Shown here: piece after piece, positions 1 to 7,124 of the stretch
Position numbering within the stretch: the first letter of the stretch is position 1
Layout of the letters: each line of letters begins with the position of its first letter
From: Candidatus Eiseniibacteriota bacterium
GTDB taxonomy: Bacteria; Eisenbacteria; RBG-16-71-46; SZUA-252
Assembly (NCBI GenBank): GCA_031370645.1
Contig: JANMQV010000158.1
Location: 1 to 21,729 of the forward strand
DNA length: 21,729 nt
Reading direction: 5' to 3'
Notes under the pieces: model-generated
The model's database searches: none
The model's input: only the letters and a program-made list of their open reading frames with translations
Told to the model about the DNA's origin: nothing
Made by a program: the position numbers and the translations under genes

Positions 1-2
1 CG

Positions 3-1076
3 CTTTCGGAAACGGGAGAGACGCTCCGTCGTTGGTTCGACGCCGACGCCCGGCCGGTTCGCGTGGCCGATGTCTCCGACGATCCGCGATTCGCGAGCGG
101 CCTTCCGGAGGAATGGGGCGCCGCGATCGCGGTGCCGTACCGCCTCGATGACCAGACGTGGGGAATCGCGCTGACGATTCGTCGCCGCAGCAGCCACGGC
201 ACCGAGTCCGGTTTCGACGCCGAGACGGCCGACGCGGCGGCGCTCGTGGCTGAGGCCTGCTCCGCCGCGCTCGCGCGCGCGAGGCAGATCGAGCGGACGC
301 GCGAGGTCGAGCGGCGCCTCCGCGACGTGGAGTCGCAATTGAAGCATGCCGACAAGATGATCGCCGTCGGCGAGCGGGGCATGCACGTCGCTCAGGAAAT
401 TCGAAATCCGATCGCGGCCATCGCCGGTTTGGCGAAGCGTCTCGCGCGCGAGACCGAAGAGGGAAGCGAGAAGCGGGAATATCTCGACATCATCCTCCGG
501 GAGACCGACCGTCTGGAGCGCGTCCTGGGCGAGCAGCTCTCGCTCGCGGAGATGACGAAGCCGCGTCTTAAACTCCAGAGCATGAACGTGCTGGTGCAGG
601 AGGCGCTCGAGCAGCAATCGGACGAGCTCGTGCGACGGCGCGTGCGGCTCCTGAAGCGGCTGGCCCCCGATCTTCCGAGTCTCCTGCTCGACGAGGACAA
701 GATTCGCCAGGTGGTCGCGAACGTGCTCCACTACGCGCTCACGTCGGTGCCGGCGGGAGGGCGCGTGCGCGTCGAGACGCGCACCGGCGGCGGCATGGTG
801 CAGGCCGAGATCGCGCACGACGGTCCCAAGGTTCCGGGCGAATCGCTCGACCGGCTCTTCGTTCCGTTCTCGGCCACGCGGCGCTACGGAGCGGGAGTGG
901 GATTGGCCGTGGCCTATCAAGTGGTGCGCGAGCATGGCGGGGAGATCCGAGCGCGAAGCGAGGGGGACTGGAGCAGTATCGTGACGGTCTACCTGCCGCT
1001 CCGCGAGAACACCGACCGCCGGGCCCGTCCGGATCGCCGCGCGGGACGCACGGAGCGGAGGCGGCGCAGCGCCTGA
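3..1076 (+). CDS. Sensor histidine-kinase-like protein (end of GAF-like domain + HisKA + HATPase_c), 5'-truncated by the window edge; catalytic motifs degenerate
   Basis: The frame is open from position 3, so GTG 63 need not be the start. GAF-like end (AVPYRLDDQTWGIAL...F..E.AD), coiled coil, H-box-like VAQEIRNPI, 'LDEDKIRQVVANVL', F box LFVPF, G2 box GAGVGLAV, 'VREHGGEI'. Confidence 0.88.
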   Translation, partial: LSETGETLRRWFDADARPVRVADVSDDPRFASGLPEEWGAAIAVPYRLDDQTWGIALTIRRRSSHGTESGFDAETADAAALVAEACSAALARARQIERTREVERRLRDVESQLKHADKMIAVGERGMHVAQEIRNPIAAIAGLAKRLARETEEGSEKREYLDIILRETDRLERVLGEQLSLAEMTKPRLKLQSMNVLVQEALEQQSDELVRRRVRLLKRLAPDLPSLLLDEDKIRQVVANVLHYALTSVPAGGRVRVETRTGGGMVQAEIAHDGPKVPGESLDRLFVPFSATRRYGAGVGLAVAYQVVREHGGEIRARSEGDWSSIVTVYLPLRENTDRRARPDRRAGRTERRRRSA

Positions 1077-1079
1077 AGG

Positions 1080-1108
1080 TTGACCGAGCGAAGATCGCAT
1101 GGTACCTT
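1080..1108 (+). promoter_or_regulatory. Sigma70-type promoter for the tRNA-Phe/tRNA-Thr transcript
   Basis: TTGACC (1080-1085), 17-nt spacer, TG-n-TACCTT extended -10 (1103-1108), 11 nt upstream of tRNA-Phe. Confidence 0.7.
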
Positions 1109-1119
1109 CGTCTGCTGTC

Positions 1120-1195
1120 GCGACCCTAGCTCAGTTGGTAGAGCACCGCACTGAAAATGCGGGTGTCCGCAGTTCGATTCTGCGGGGTCGCACCA
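1120..1195 (+). tRNA. tRNA-Phe (GAA)
   Basis: Acceptor stem GCGACCC/GGGTCGC, D arm GCTC..GAGC, anticodon arm CCGCA-CTGAAAA-TGCGG, T loop TTCGATT, encoded ACCA; 76 nt. Confidence 0.97.
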
Positions 1196-1239
1196 CTTTA
1201 GATCCCGCCCCGCGCGACGGCGCGGGGGCCGCATGGCGA

Positions 1240-1315
1240 GCTGGTGTAGCTCAGCTGGTAGAGCAACGCACTCGTAATGCGTAGGTCAGCGGTTCGATTC
1301 CGCTCACCAGCTCCA
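1240..1315 (+). tRNA. tRNA-Thr (CGT)
   Basis: Acceptor stem GCTGGTG/CACCAGC, anticodon arm ACGCA-CTCGTAA-TGCGT, T loop TTCGATT, encoded TCCA; 76 nt. Confidence 0.97.
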
Positions 1316-1353
1316 TGTTCCAGCGGCCCGTGACACCCTCCGAAAGAATCCCA

Positions 1354-2745
1354 ATGACCGAACGAATCGACCCCCTCGACGGGCTGATGATCAGCGCATC
1401 GGGCGTTCGCGGTATCGTCGGCGAGCGGCTCACGCCGGAGGTCATCCTTCTCGTGGCGGGCGCGCACGGCGCGAGCCTCGGACCGGGCCCGATCGTCGTG
1501 GGCCGCGACTCGCGCCCGAGCGGCGCCTGGGTCTCGCGCGCCGCGCAGGCGGCCCTGATGGCGATCGGCCGCGAGGTGATCGATGTCGGCATCGCCCCGA
1601 CCCCCACCATTCTCTACGCCATTCGCCACCACGCCGCGGCCGGCGGTCTCGCCATCACGGCGAGCCACAATCCGGCGCCCTGGAACGCGCTCAAACTCTT
1701 CGGACCGGGCGGCACGTTCCTCGCCCCCGTCCAATCCGAGGAAGTGGCGCGCCGCGCTCGGGAAGGAATGCCCGCGTGGGTGACGCACGAGCGAGTCGGC
1801 GGCGCGAGGGAAGACGACGACGCGATCCGCCGGCACCGCGAGGCGATCCTCGCGCTCCCCGGACTCGACCTTGCACGCATTCGGTCCCGTAGTTTCCGCG
1901 TCGCGATCGATTGCGTGAACGGCGCGGGCTCGGAGGCGACGCCGGCGCTCCTGGAAGAACTCGGCTGCACCCTCGAGCGAATTTACTGCGTTCCCGACGG
2001 CAAGTTTCCGCGCGTTCCGGAGCCTCTTCCCGAGAACCTGAAAGACCTGGGCGCGGCGGTTCGTCGTTCGGGCTCCGCCATCGGATTCGCGAACGATCCC
2101 GACGCCGATCGATTGGCGATCGTGGACGAACGGGGAGAGCCGATCGGCGAGGAGCGGACGCTTCAGATCGCGGTCGACTGGGCGCTTCGGCGCCGTGTGG
2201 GGCTCGTCGTCGCGAACGTCTCCACCTCGCTCGGCGTGGAGTTCATCGCGCAACGCTACGGCGCCACCGTGGAACGCTCCCGCGTAGGCGAAGCGCACGT
2301 GGCGGAGCTCCTCATGGCCCGCGGCGGCGTCATCGGCGGCGAGGGAAACGGGGGCGTCATCTACCCGGAACTCCACGCGACGCGAGACGGCCTCTTGGCG
2401 GCGGCGATCGCCCTCGATTGGCTATCGCTCGACGCCCGCCCGCTTTCCGAGCGTGTCGCGGAGCTTCCGCCGCTCGTCATGGTGAAGAAAAAGCTGGATC
2501 TAAGAATCTCCGCCCCCGACGCGCTTGGCACGGCCCTGGAATCGGTGTTCCCCGACGGAACACGGAACCAACTGGACGGAGAGAAGTTCATCTGGAAAGA
2601 TCAATGGGTACAAGTCCGCGCCTCGGGGACGGAGCCGGTTGTCCGGATCATCGCCGAAGCGCCGACGGAGGCCCGCGCTGAGGCACTCGTAGCGCGCGCC
2701 GTCGAAGCGGCGACGCGTTCGCAGTCCGCGGGCATCTCGGCCTAG
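1354..2745 (+). CDS. glmM: Phosphoglucosamine mutase (alpha-D-phosphohexomutase family)
   Basis: Motifs SGVRG, TASHNP (phospho-Ser), DPDADR (metal loop), GGEGNGG, VRASGTEP; directly upstream of glmS. The track start (1315) overlaps tRNA-Thr, so ATG 1354 (or 1387) is preferred. GlmM versus PMM/PGM specificity is inferred from context. Confidence 0.85.
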   Translation: MTERIDPLDGLMISASGVRGIVGERLTPEVILLVAGAHGASLGPGPIVVGRDSRPSGAWVSRAAQAALMAIGREVIDVGIAPTPTILYAIRHHAAAGGLAITASHNPAPWNALKLFGPGGTFLAPVQSEEVARRAREGMPAWVTHERVGGAREDDDAIRRHREAILALPGLDLARIRSRSFRVAIDCVNGAGSEATPALLEELGCTLERIYCVPDGKFPRVPEPLPENLKDLGAAVRRSGSAIGFANDPDADRLAIVDERGEPIGEERTLQIAVDWALRRRVGLVVANVSTSLGVEFIAQRYGATVERSRVGEAHVAELLMARGGVIGGEGNGGVIYPELHATRDGLLAAAIALDWLSLDARPLSERVAELPPLVMVKKKLDLRISAPDALGTALESVFPDGTRNQLDGEKFIWKDQWVQVRASGTEPVVRIIAEAPTEARAEALVARAVEAATRSQSAGISA

Positions 2746-2758
2746 AGGGGGCACCATC

Positions 2759-4588
2759 ATGTGCGGCATCGTCGGATACGTCGGGGAGCAGCAGTCTCTC
2801 CCGATCCTTCTCGAGGGGCTGCGCCGCCTCGAGTACCGCGGATACGATTCGGCCGGCGTCGCCATCTTGAACGGCAACGGCATGAAGATCGAAAAGGCCG
2901 CCGGCAAGATTAGCGAACTCGAAAAGAAGATCGAACACTCCCACCCCGTCGGAACGCTTGGCATCGCGCATACGCGCTGGGCCACGCACGGCGAACCGAA
3001 CACGGTGAACGCCCATCCCCACACCGATTGCACGGGCCGGATCGCCGTCGTTCATAACGGCATCATCGAAAACTACTCCACCATCAAGACGAAGCTCCTT
3101 CAGGAAGGGCACACGTTCACGACCGACACCGATACCGAGGTGATTGCCCACCTGATCGAAAAGTTCTACGACGGCAACTTGGAGTCGGCCGTTTCCTCCG
3201 CGCTCCGCCACCTCACCGGCACGTACGGCCTCGCGGTCATCTCGAGCGAAGAGCCGCGAAAGATCGTTGGCGCGCGCCACGGGAGCCCCCTCGTCGTCGG
3301 CATCTGCGACAACAATGAGTACATCCTCGCTTCCGACGTCTCCGCGATCATTCGGCATACGAACCAGGTCGTCTACTTAGACGACGAAGAGATGGTCGTG
3401 CTGACCCCGCAGGGAATCCAGACGAGCAATCTCCGGCAGGAAGCCGTTTCGAAGAAGGTCGAGACCGTCGACTGGGATCTGGAGATGATCGAGAAGGCAG
3501 GCTTCCCGCACTTCATGCTGAAGGAAATCTTCGAGCAGCCGACGTCGCTTCGGAACACGCTTCGCGGCCGCCTCCTCGTGGAAGAGGGGACGGCGCGGCT
3601 CGGCGGGCTCAACATGAGTATCCCCGAACTCCGCGGCATCAACCGGGTCATCATCACGGCGTGTGGCACCTCGTGGCACTCCGGACTCATCGGGGAGTAC
3701 CTCATCGAGGAACTCGCTCGCATTCCGGTCGAGGTCGAATACGCCTCCGAGTTCCGCTACCGGAATCCGATTTTGGAACCGGGCACCATCGTCATCGCGA
3801 TCAGCCAATCGGGCGAGACGGCCGATACCCTCGCCGCCATGCGGGAAGCGAAGCGGAAGGGCGCGCGCGTGCTCGGCGTCTGTAACGCGGTCGGCTCCAC
3901 CATCGCGCGCGAATCAGACGGCGGTGTTTACATCCACGCTGGTCCTGAGATCGGCGTCGCGTCGACCAAGGCGTTCACCTCGCAGGTGGCGGCCCTCATG
4001 CTCCTCACGCTATACCTCGGCCGGCTCGGCGAACTCTCGCCGGAGTTGGGCGCCGAATTGGCGCGCGAGATGGAGGCGATTCCCGGCAAGGTCGAGCAGA
4101 TCCTGGCGGGGCACGAGCGGATCCGCGAAATCGCCCGTGCCAACGCGCATCACAACAACTTCCTCTACCTCGGTCGCGGCGTGAATTTCCCGGTCGCGCT
4201 GGAGGGTGCGCTCAAGCTGAAGGAGATCTCGTACATCCACGCGGAGGGATACCCCGCGGCGGAGATGAAGCACGGCCCGATCGCGCTCATCGATGCGAAC
4301 ATGCCCGTCGTCTTCATTTGCGCGCAGGACTCCGCGTACGAAAAGGTGTTGAGCAACATGGAAGAGGTGCGCGCGCGGAAGGGGAAGATCATCGCGGTGG
4401 CCACCGAGGGCGACACGCACGTGGCCCAGAAGGCCGACCACGTACTCTACATTCCGAAGACGATGGGGCCGCTCACGCCGCTCCTCTCCGTGGTTCCGCT
4501 CCAGCTTCTCGCTTATTATGTGGCGGTGGAGCGCGGATGCGACGTCGATCAGCCGAGAAATCTCGCGAAGAGCGTGACGGTCGAATGA
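2759..4588 (+). CDS. glmS: Glutamine--fructose-6-phosphate transaminase (isomerizing)
   Basis: N-terminal MCGIVG, LEYRGYDSAG, HTRWATHG, SQSGETADT, VASTKAF, C-terminal DQPRNLAKSVTVE; 609 aa. Confidence 0.99.
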   Translation: MCGIVGYVGEQQSLPILLEGLRRLEYRGYDSAGVAILNGNGMKIEKAAGKISELEKKIEHSHPVGTLGIAHTRWATHGEPNTVNAHPHTDCTGRIAVVHNGIIENYSTIKTKLLQEGHTFTTDTDTEVIAHLIEKFYDGNLESAVSSALRHLTGTYGLAVISSEEPRKIVGARHGSPLVVGICDNNEYILASDVSAIIRHTNQVVYLDDEEMVVLTPQGIQTSNLRQEAVSKKVETVDWDLEMIEKAGFPHFMLKEIFEQPTSLRNTLRGRLLVEEGTARLGGLNMSIPELRGINRVIITACGTSWHSGLIGEYLIEELARIPVEVEYASEFRYRNPILEPGTIVIAISQSGETADTLAAMREAKRKGARVLGVCNAVGSTIARESDGGVYIHAGPEIGVASTKAFTSQVAALMLLTLYLGRLGELSPELGAELAREMEAIPGKVEQILAGHERIREIARANAHHNNFLYLGRGVNFPVALEGALKLKEISYIHAEGYPAAEMKHGPIALIDANMPVVFICAQDSAYEKVLSNMEEVRARKGKIIAVATEGDTHVAQKADHVLYIPKTMGPLTPLLSVVPLQLLAYYVAVERGCDVDQPRNLAKSVTVE

Positions 4589-4989
4589 GCGGACGCCCGG
4601 GTTCCACGCCGATCGCCGCGGAGGGCGCTCCCGCCCCCATCGGGCCGTACGCTCCCGGACGCGTCGTCGCGGGTGCGGGCACTTGGATCATCACCTCCGG
4701 CCAGACGGGCATCGACCCGGCGACCGGCGCGCTGGTGGAGGGGGGCGTTACCGCCCAAACCGACCGTGTGCTTCAAAACGTGCGGGCGGTTCTCCACGCG
4801 GGCGGGGCCGATCTCTCCGACGTCGTCAAGACGACCGTCTTCCTCTCGGAAATGGCGAATTTCGCCGCCATGAACGAGGTCTACGCCCGTATCTTCGGGG
4901 ACCACAAGCCCGCCCGCACCACCATCGCGGCGAAAGGGCTCCCGCTCAACTGCCTCGTGGAGATCGAAGCCTGGGCCTTCCGGCCGTGA
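4585..4989 (+). CDS. ridA: RidA/YjgF/UK114 family enamine-imine deaminase
   Basis: ATG 4585 overlaps the glmS stop (ATGA). Motifs APAPIGPY, SGQ, DVVKTTVFL, FAAMNEVY, PARTT (catalytic Arg), LP...VEIE; 134 aa. Confidence 0.92.
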   Translation: MSGRPGSTPIAAEGAPAPIGPYAPGRVVAGAGTWIITSGQTGIDPATGALVEGGVTAQTDRVLQNVRAVLHAGGADLSDVVKTTVFLSEMANFAAMNEVYARIFGDHKPARTTIAAKGLPLNCLVEIEAWAFRP

Positions 4990-6041
4990 ATCACACGCGG
5001 CGGGACGTCTTCCGCCTCACCGAGCAGGCATCCTGCGCGGGGTGAGCCGCGAAGTTGGGTCCGGAGGACCTGAAAAACGTACTTCAATCGCTCCCGAAGC
5101 CGCCCCGCGGCTCGAAGGTGCTGGTCGGTCCCGAATCGTGGGACGACGCCGGCGTCTATAAGGTATCGCCGCGCCTGGCGCTCGTGCAGACCGTCGATTT
5201 CATCACGCCGGTCCTGAACGATCCCTACGACTACGGACGCGTCGCCGCGGCGAACGCGGTGAGCGACGTCTATGCCATGGGCGGGATTCCGCTCACCGCG
5301 CTTTCGGTTGTCTGTTTCCCGGAGAACGAGGATCCGACGATTTTGCGCGAGATGCTCCGCGGAGGGGCCGCGATGCTGCGGGAGGCGAACGTGGCGCTCC
5401 TCGGCGGTCACACCGTGCGCGATCCGGAGATCAAGTTCGGCTTCTCGGTCACCGGAACGGTCGAACCAGGTCGTGTCGTGACGAACGCGGGCGCGCGCTC
5501 CGGTGATCTGATCGTCTTGACGAAGCCGCTCGGGACGGGGATCCTCGCGACAGCGCTCAAACGGCGGCTCCTTTCGGCACCGTCGCTCAAACTTTTGACC
5601 CGCCACATGACGACCCTCAACCGGGACGCCGCGGCGGCCATGACCGCCTCCGGCGCGAGCGCCGCGACCGACGTTACCGGGTTCGGTCTTCTGGGGCATG
5701 CGCTCAACGTGGCGCGCTCGAGCCGCAAGACGCTTCGCATCTGGAGCCGCGCGGTGCCGGTGATCGACGCCGCCGCGGCGTTCGTCGCGCAGGGCGTCTG
5801 GGCGAAGGGGCTTCAATCGAATCTCGACTACTTGAACCGCGAGACTGAATGGGACGAGGGCGTGGAGGAGTCGACGCGGCGGCTGTTCGCGGACCCGCAG
5901 ACGTCGGGCGGGCTCCTGGTTACGATCGCGCCGTCGCGCATCAACGACTTCCTGAAGCGGCTGGCGCGCGCGCGCGTGCGCGCCGCGGTCATCGGCGAGG
6001 TGACCCCTCGCCGGGGGCGCCCGCTCCGAGTGGTGGCATGA
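4986..6041 (+). CDS. selD: Selenide, water dikinase (selenophosphate synthetase), selenocysteine-containing form; in-frame UGA at 5043-5045 = Sec20
   Basis: GTG 4986 overlaps the ridA stop. The frame reads MNHTRRDVFRLTEQASCAG-U-AAKLGPEDL and continues into DDAGVY, QTVDF, AANAVSDVYAMGG, GGHT, LTKPLGTG, TDVTGFGLLGH, DPQTSGGLL; 351 aa. Confidence 0.95.
5055..5073 (+). promoter_or_regulatory. Candidate bacterial SECIS hairpin for selD UGA recoding
   Basis: TTGGGTCC-GGA-GGACCTGA: 8-pair stem (two G:U) with a G-led apical loop separated from the UGA by 17 nt. Confidence 0.72.
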
Positions 6042-6056
6042 TGCGGCGATTCGCGT

Positions 6057-6154
6057 GGGGACGGATGGGATCTGGTGTTCTCCGAGGACTTCAAATCCTT
6101 CTGTCGGGCGGCTCCGCCGTCCGAGGTGGGTTCGATTCCCACACGTTCCCGCCA
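6057..6154 (+). tRNA. selC: tRNA-Sec (UCA)
   Basis: 98 nt; anticodon loop CT-TCA-AA (TCA 6091-6093), extended acceptor arm GGGGACGG/ACGTTCCC, 6-position D stem with 4-nt loop, long variable arm TCGGGCGGC-TCC-GCCGTCCGA, T arm GTGGG-TTCGATT-CCCAC, G discriminator + CCA; 15 nt after selD. Confidence 0.96.
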
Positions 6155-6177
6155 TCGCATCATCGGACGGCGCGGCC

Positions 6178-6453
6178 ATGCCGGATCTGAGCGGCCGGTG
6201 GCTCGCGATCGACTGGCATGATCCACTCATCGTCGCCCTTGTCGGCGTCATTCTCGTCGTCGCGCTTTGGCGGCGATGGGCGCTCGTGCTCCTCGCGGCG
6301 CTCCTTGTCGCCCTCGGGCAGGGAGTCGATTACCTCCTCCGGCACGCCGCCATCACGCCCGCGGCCGCCCAAGGCGCCGTTCTTGCGATCTACGGAATCG
6401 GCGGGCTCTTCCTTCTCTTTCTCGTCGTCGCGCGCCTCGTCTCGAAGCGCTGA
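6178..6453 (+). CDS. Small hypothetical integral membrane protein (91 aa, about 3 hydrophobic segments)
   Basis: ATG 6178 just after selC (the track start 6055 overlaps the tRNA); hydrophobic runs LIVALVGVILVVALW, WALVLLAALLVAL, VLAIYGIGGLFLLFLVV; fills the gap to the next gene. Confidence 0.7.
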   Translation: MPDLSGRWLAIDWHDPLIVALVGVILVVALWRRWALVLLAALLVALGQGVDYLLRHAAITPAAAQGAVLAIYGIGGLFLLFLVVARLVSKR

Positions 6454-6454
6454 T

Positions 6455-7114
6455 TTGCGGGCGTCGCGCGCCTTCCCTCGGGCCGCCCCGTTTGCCCCGT
6501 TCGCCCAGATCGCCCAGATCACCGCGATGCTGAGTCTCGCCGTCGCGACCGCGGGCCATGCGCAGACCACGCCGCTCGATAGCGCGCCTCCGACCGCTTA
6601 CGGGCGCCCCGATTCCGCGGCCGTATCGGGCGCTCTAGCCGACTCCGCCACGGCCAAGACGCCCATTACGTGGAACAGCGCGCCGCCGGCCGTGCGCGAC
6701 ACCACGATGCGCCACGTGAAGCCGTTTCTGGTCATGGCGCGATCGGCCATCGTTCCGGGGTGGGGACAGGTGTACAATCGACAGCCGCTCAAAGCGGTGT
6801 TGGTCGTCGCCGGCGAGGGGTTCCTAACCTACAAGATCTTCAAGGAACTGAGCCTGGAGAACGACGCGATCGACAGGCAGGCCGCGGCCCTGGACCTGGC
6901 CGAGTTCGATGCGGCAGTGGCCGACGAGACGAATCACTACAATCGGAAGATCGACTGGATTTGGTGGACCGCCGCCGCGCACCTGCTGCAGATGGCCGAC
7001 GCGTACGTGGACGCCCACTTCATCAACTTCGACGCGGAGTTCGGACCGGACGACCGACGGTCTGACACCCGGGGCGCCTTGCGCCTCAGCCTCTCCCTGA
7101 ATGCGAGATTTTGA
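6455..7114 (+). CDS. Exported/membrane protein, DUF5683-like
   Basis: Signal-peptide-like N-terminus ending ATAGHA|Q (start TTG 6455 or ATG 6527); family-like motif [14 protein letters not shown], later DAYVDAH, C-terminal LSLSLNARF. Confidence 0.72.
   Translation: MRASRAFPRAAPFAPFAQIAQITAMLSLAVATAGHAQTTPLDSAPPTAYGRPDSAAVSGALADSATAKTPITWNSAPPAVRDTTMRHVKPFLVMARSAIVPGWGQVYNRQPLKAVLVVAGEGFLTYKIFKELSLENDAIDRQAAALDLAEFDAAVADETNHYNRKIDWIWWTAAAHLLQMADAYVDAHFINFDAEFGPDDRRSDTRGALRLSLSLNARF
6485..6520 (+). repeat. Degenerate 9-bp tandem repeat x4
   Basis: GCCCCGTTT GCCCCGTTC GCCCAGATC GCCCAGATC, encoding [12 protein letters not shown]. Confidence 0.7.
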
Positions 7115-7124
7115 GCCGACACGA

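Noticed and set aside
1099..1353. ORF 1099..1284 and the extended glmM start at 1315
   Set aside because: Both overlap tRNA genes.
2746..2758. glmS ribozyme upstream of glmS
   Set aside because: The intergenic gap is only 13 nt and holds just an SD-like GAGGGGG.
4986..5054. selD as a nonsense pseudogene, or starting at TTG 5055
   Set aside because: The UGA sits exactly at the catalytic Cys/Sec position, with a SECIS-like hairpin and adjacent tRNA-Sec. A 5055 start would remove the catalytic residue and the conserved Lys.
6057..6460. Genomic island or prophage integrated at selC or the other tRNAs
   Set aside because: No integrase, no duplicated tRNA 3' end that I could find, and no obvious composition shift; housekeeping genes follow.
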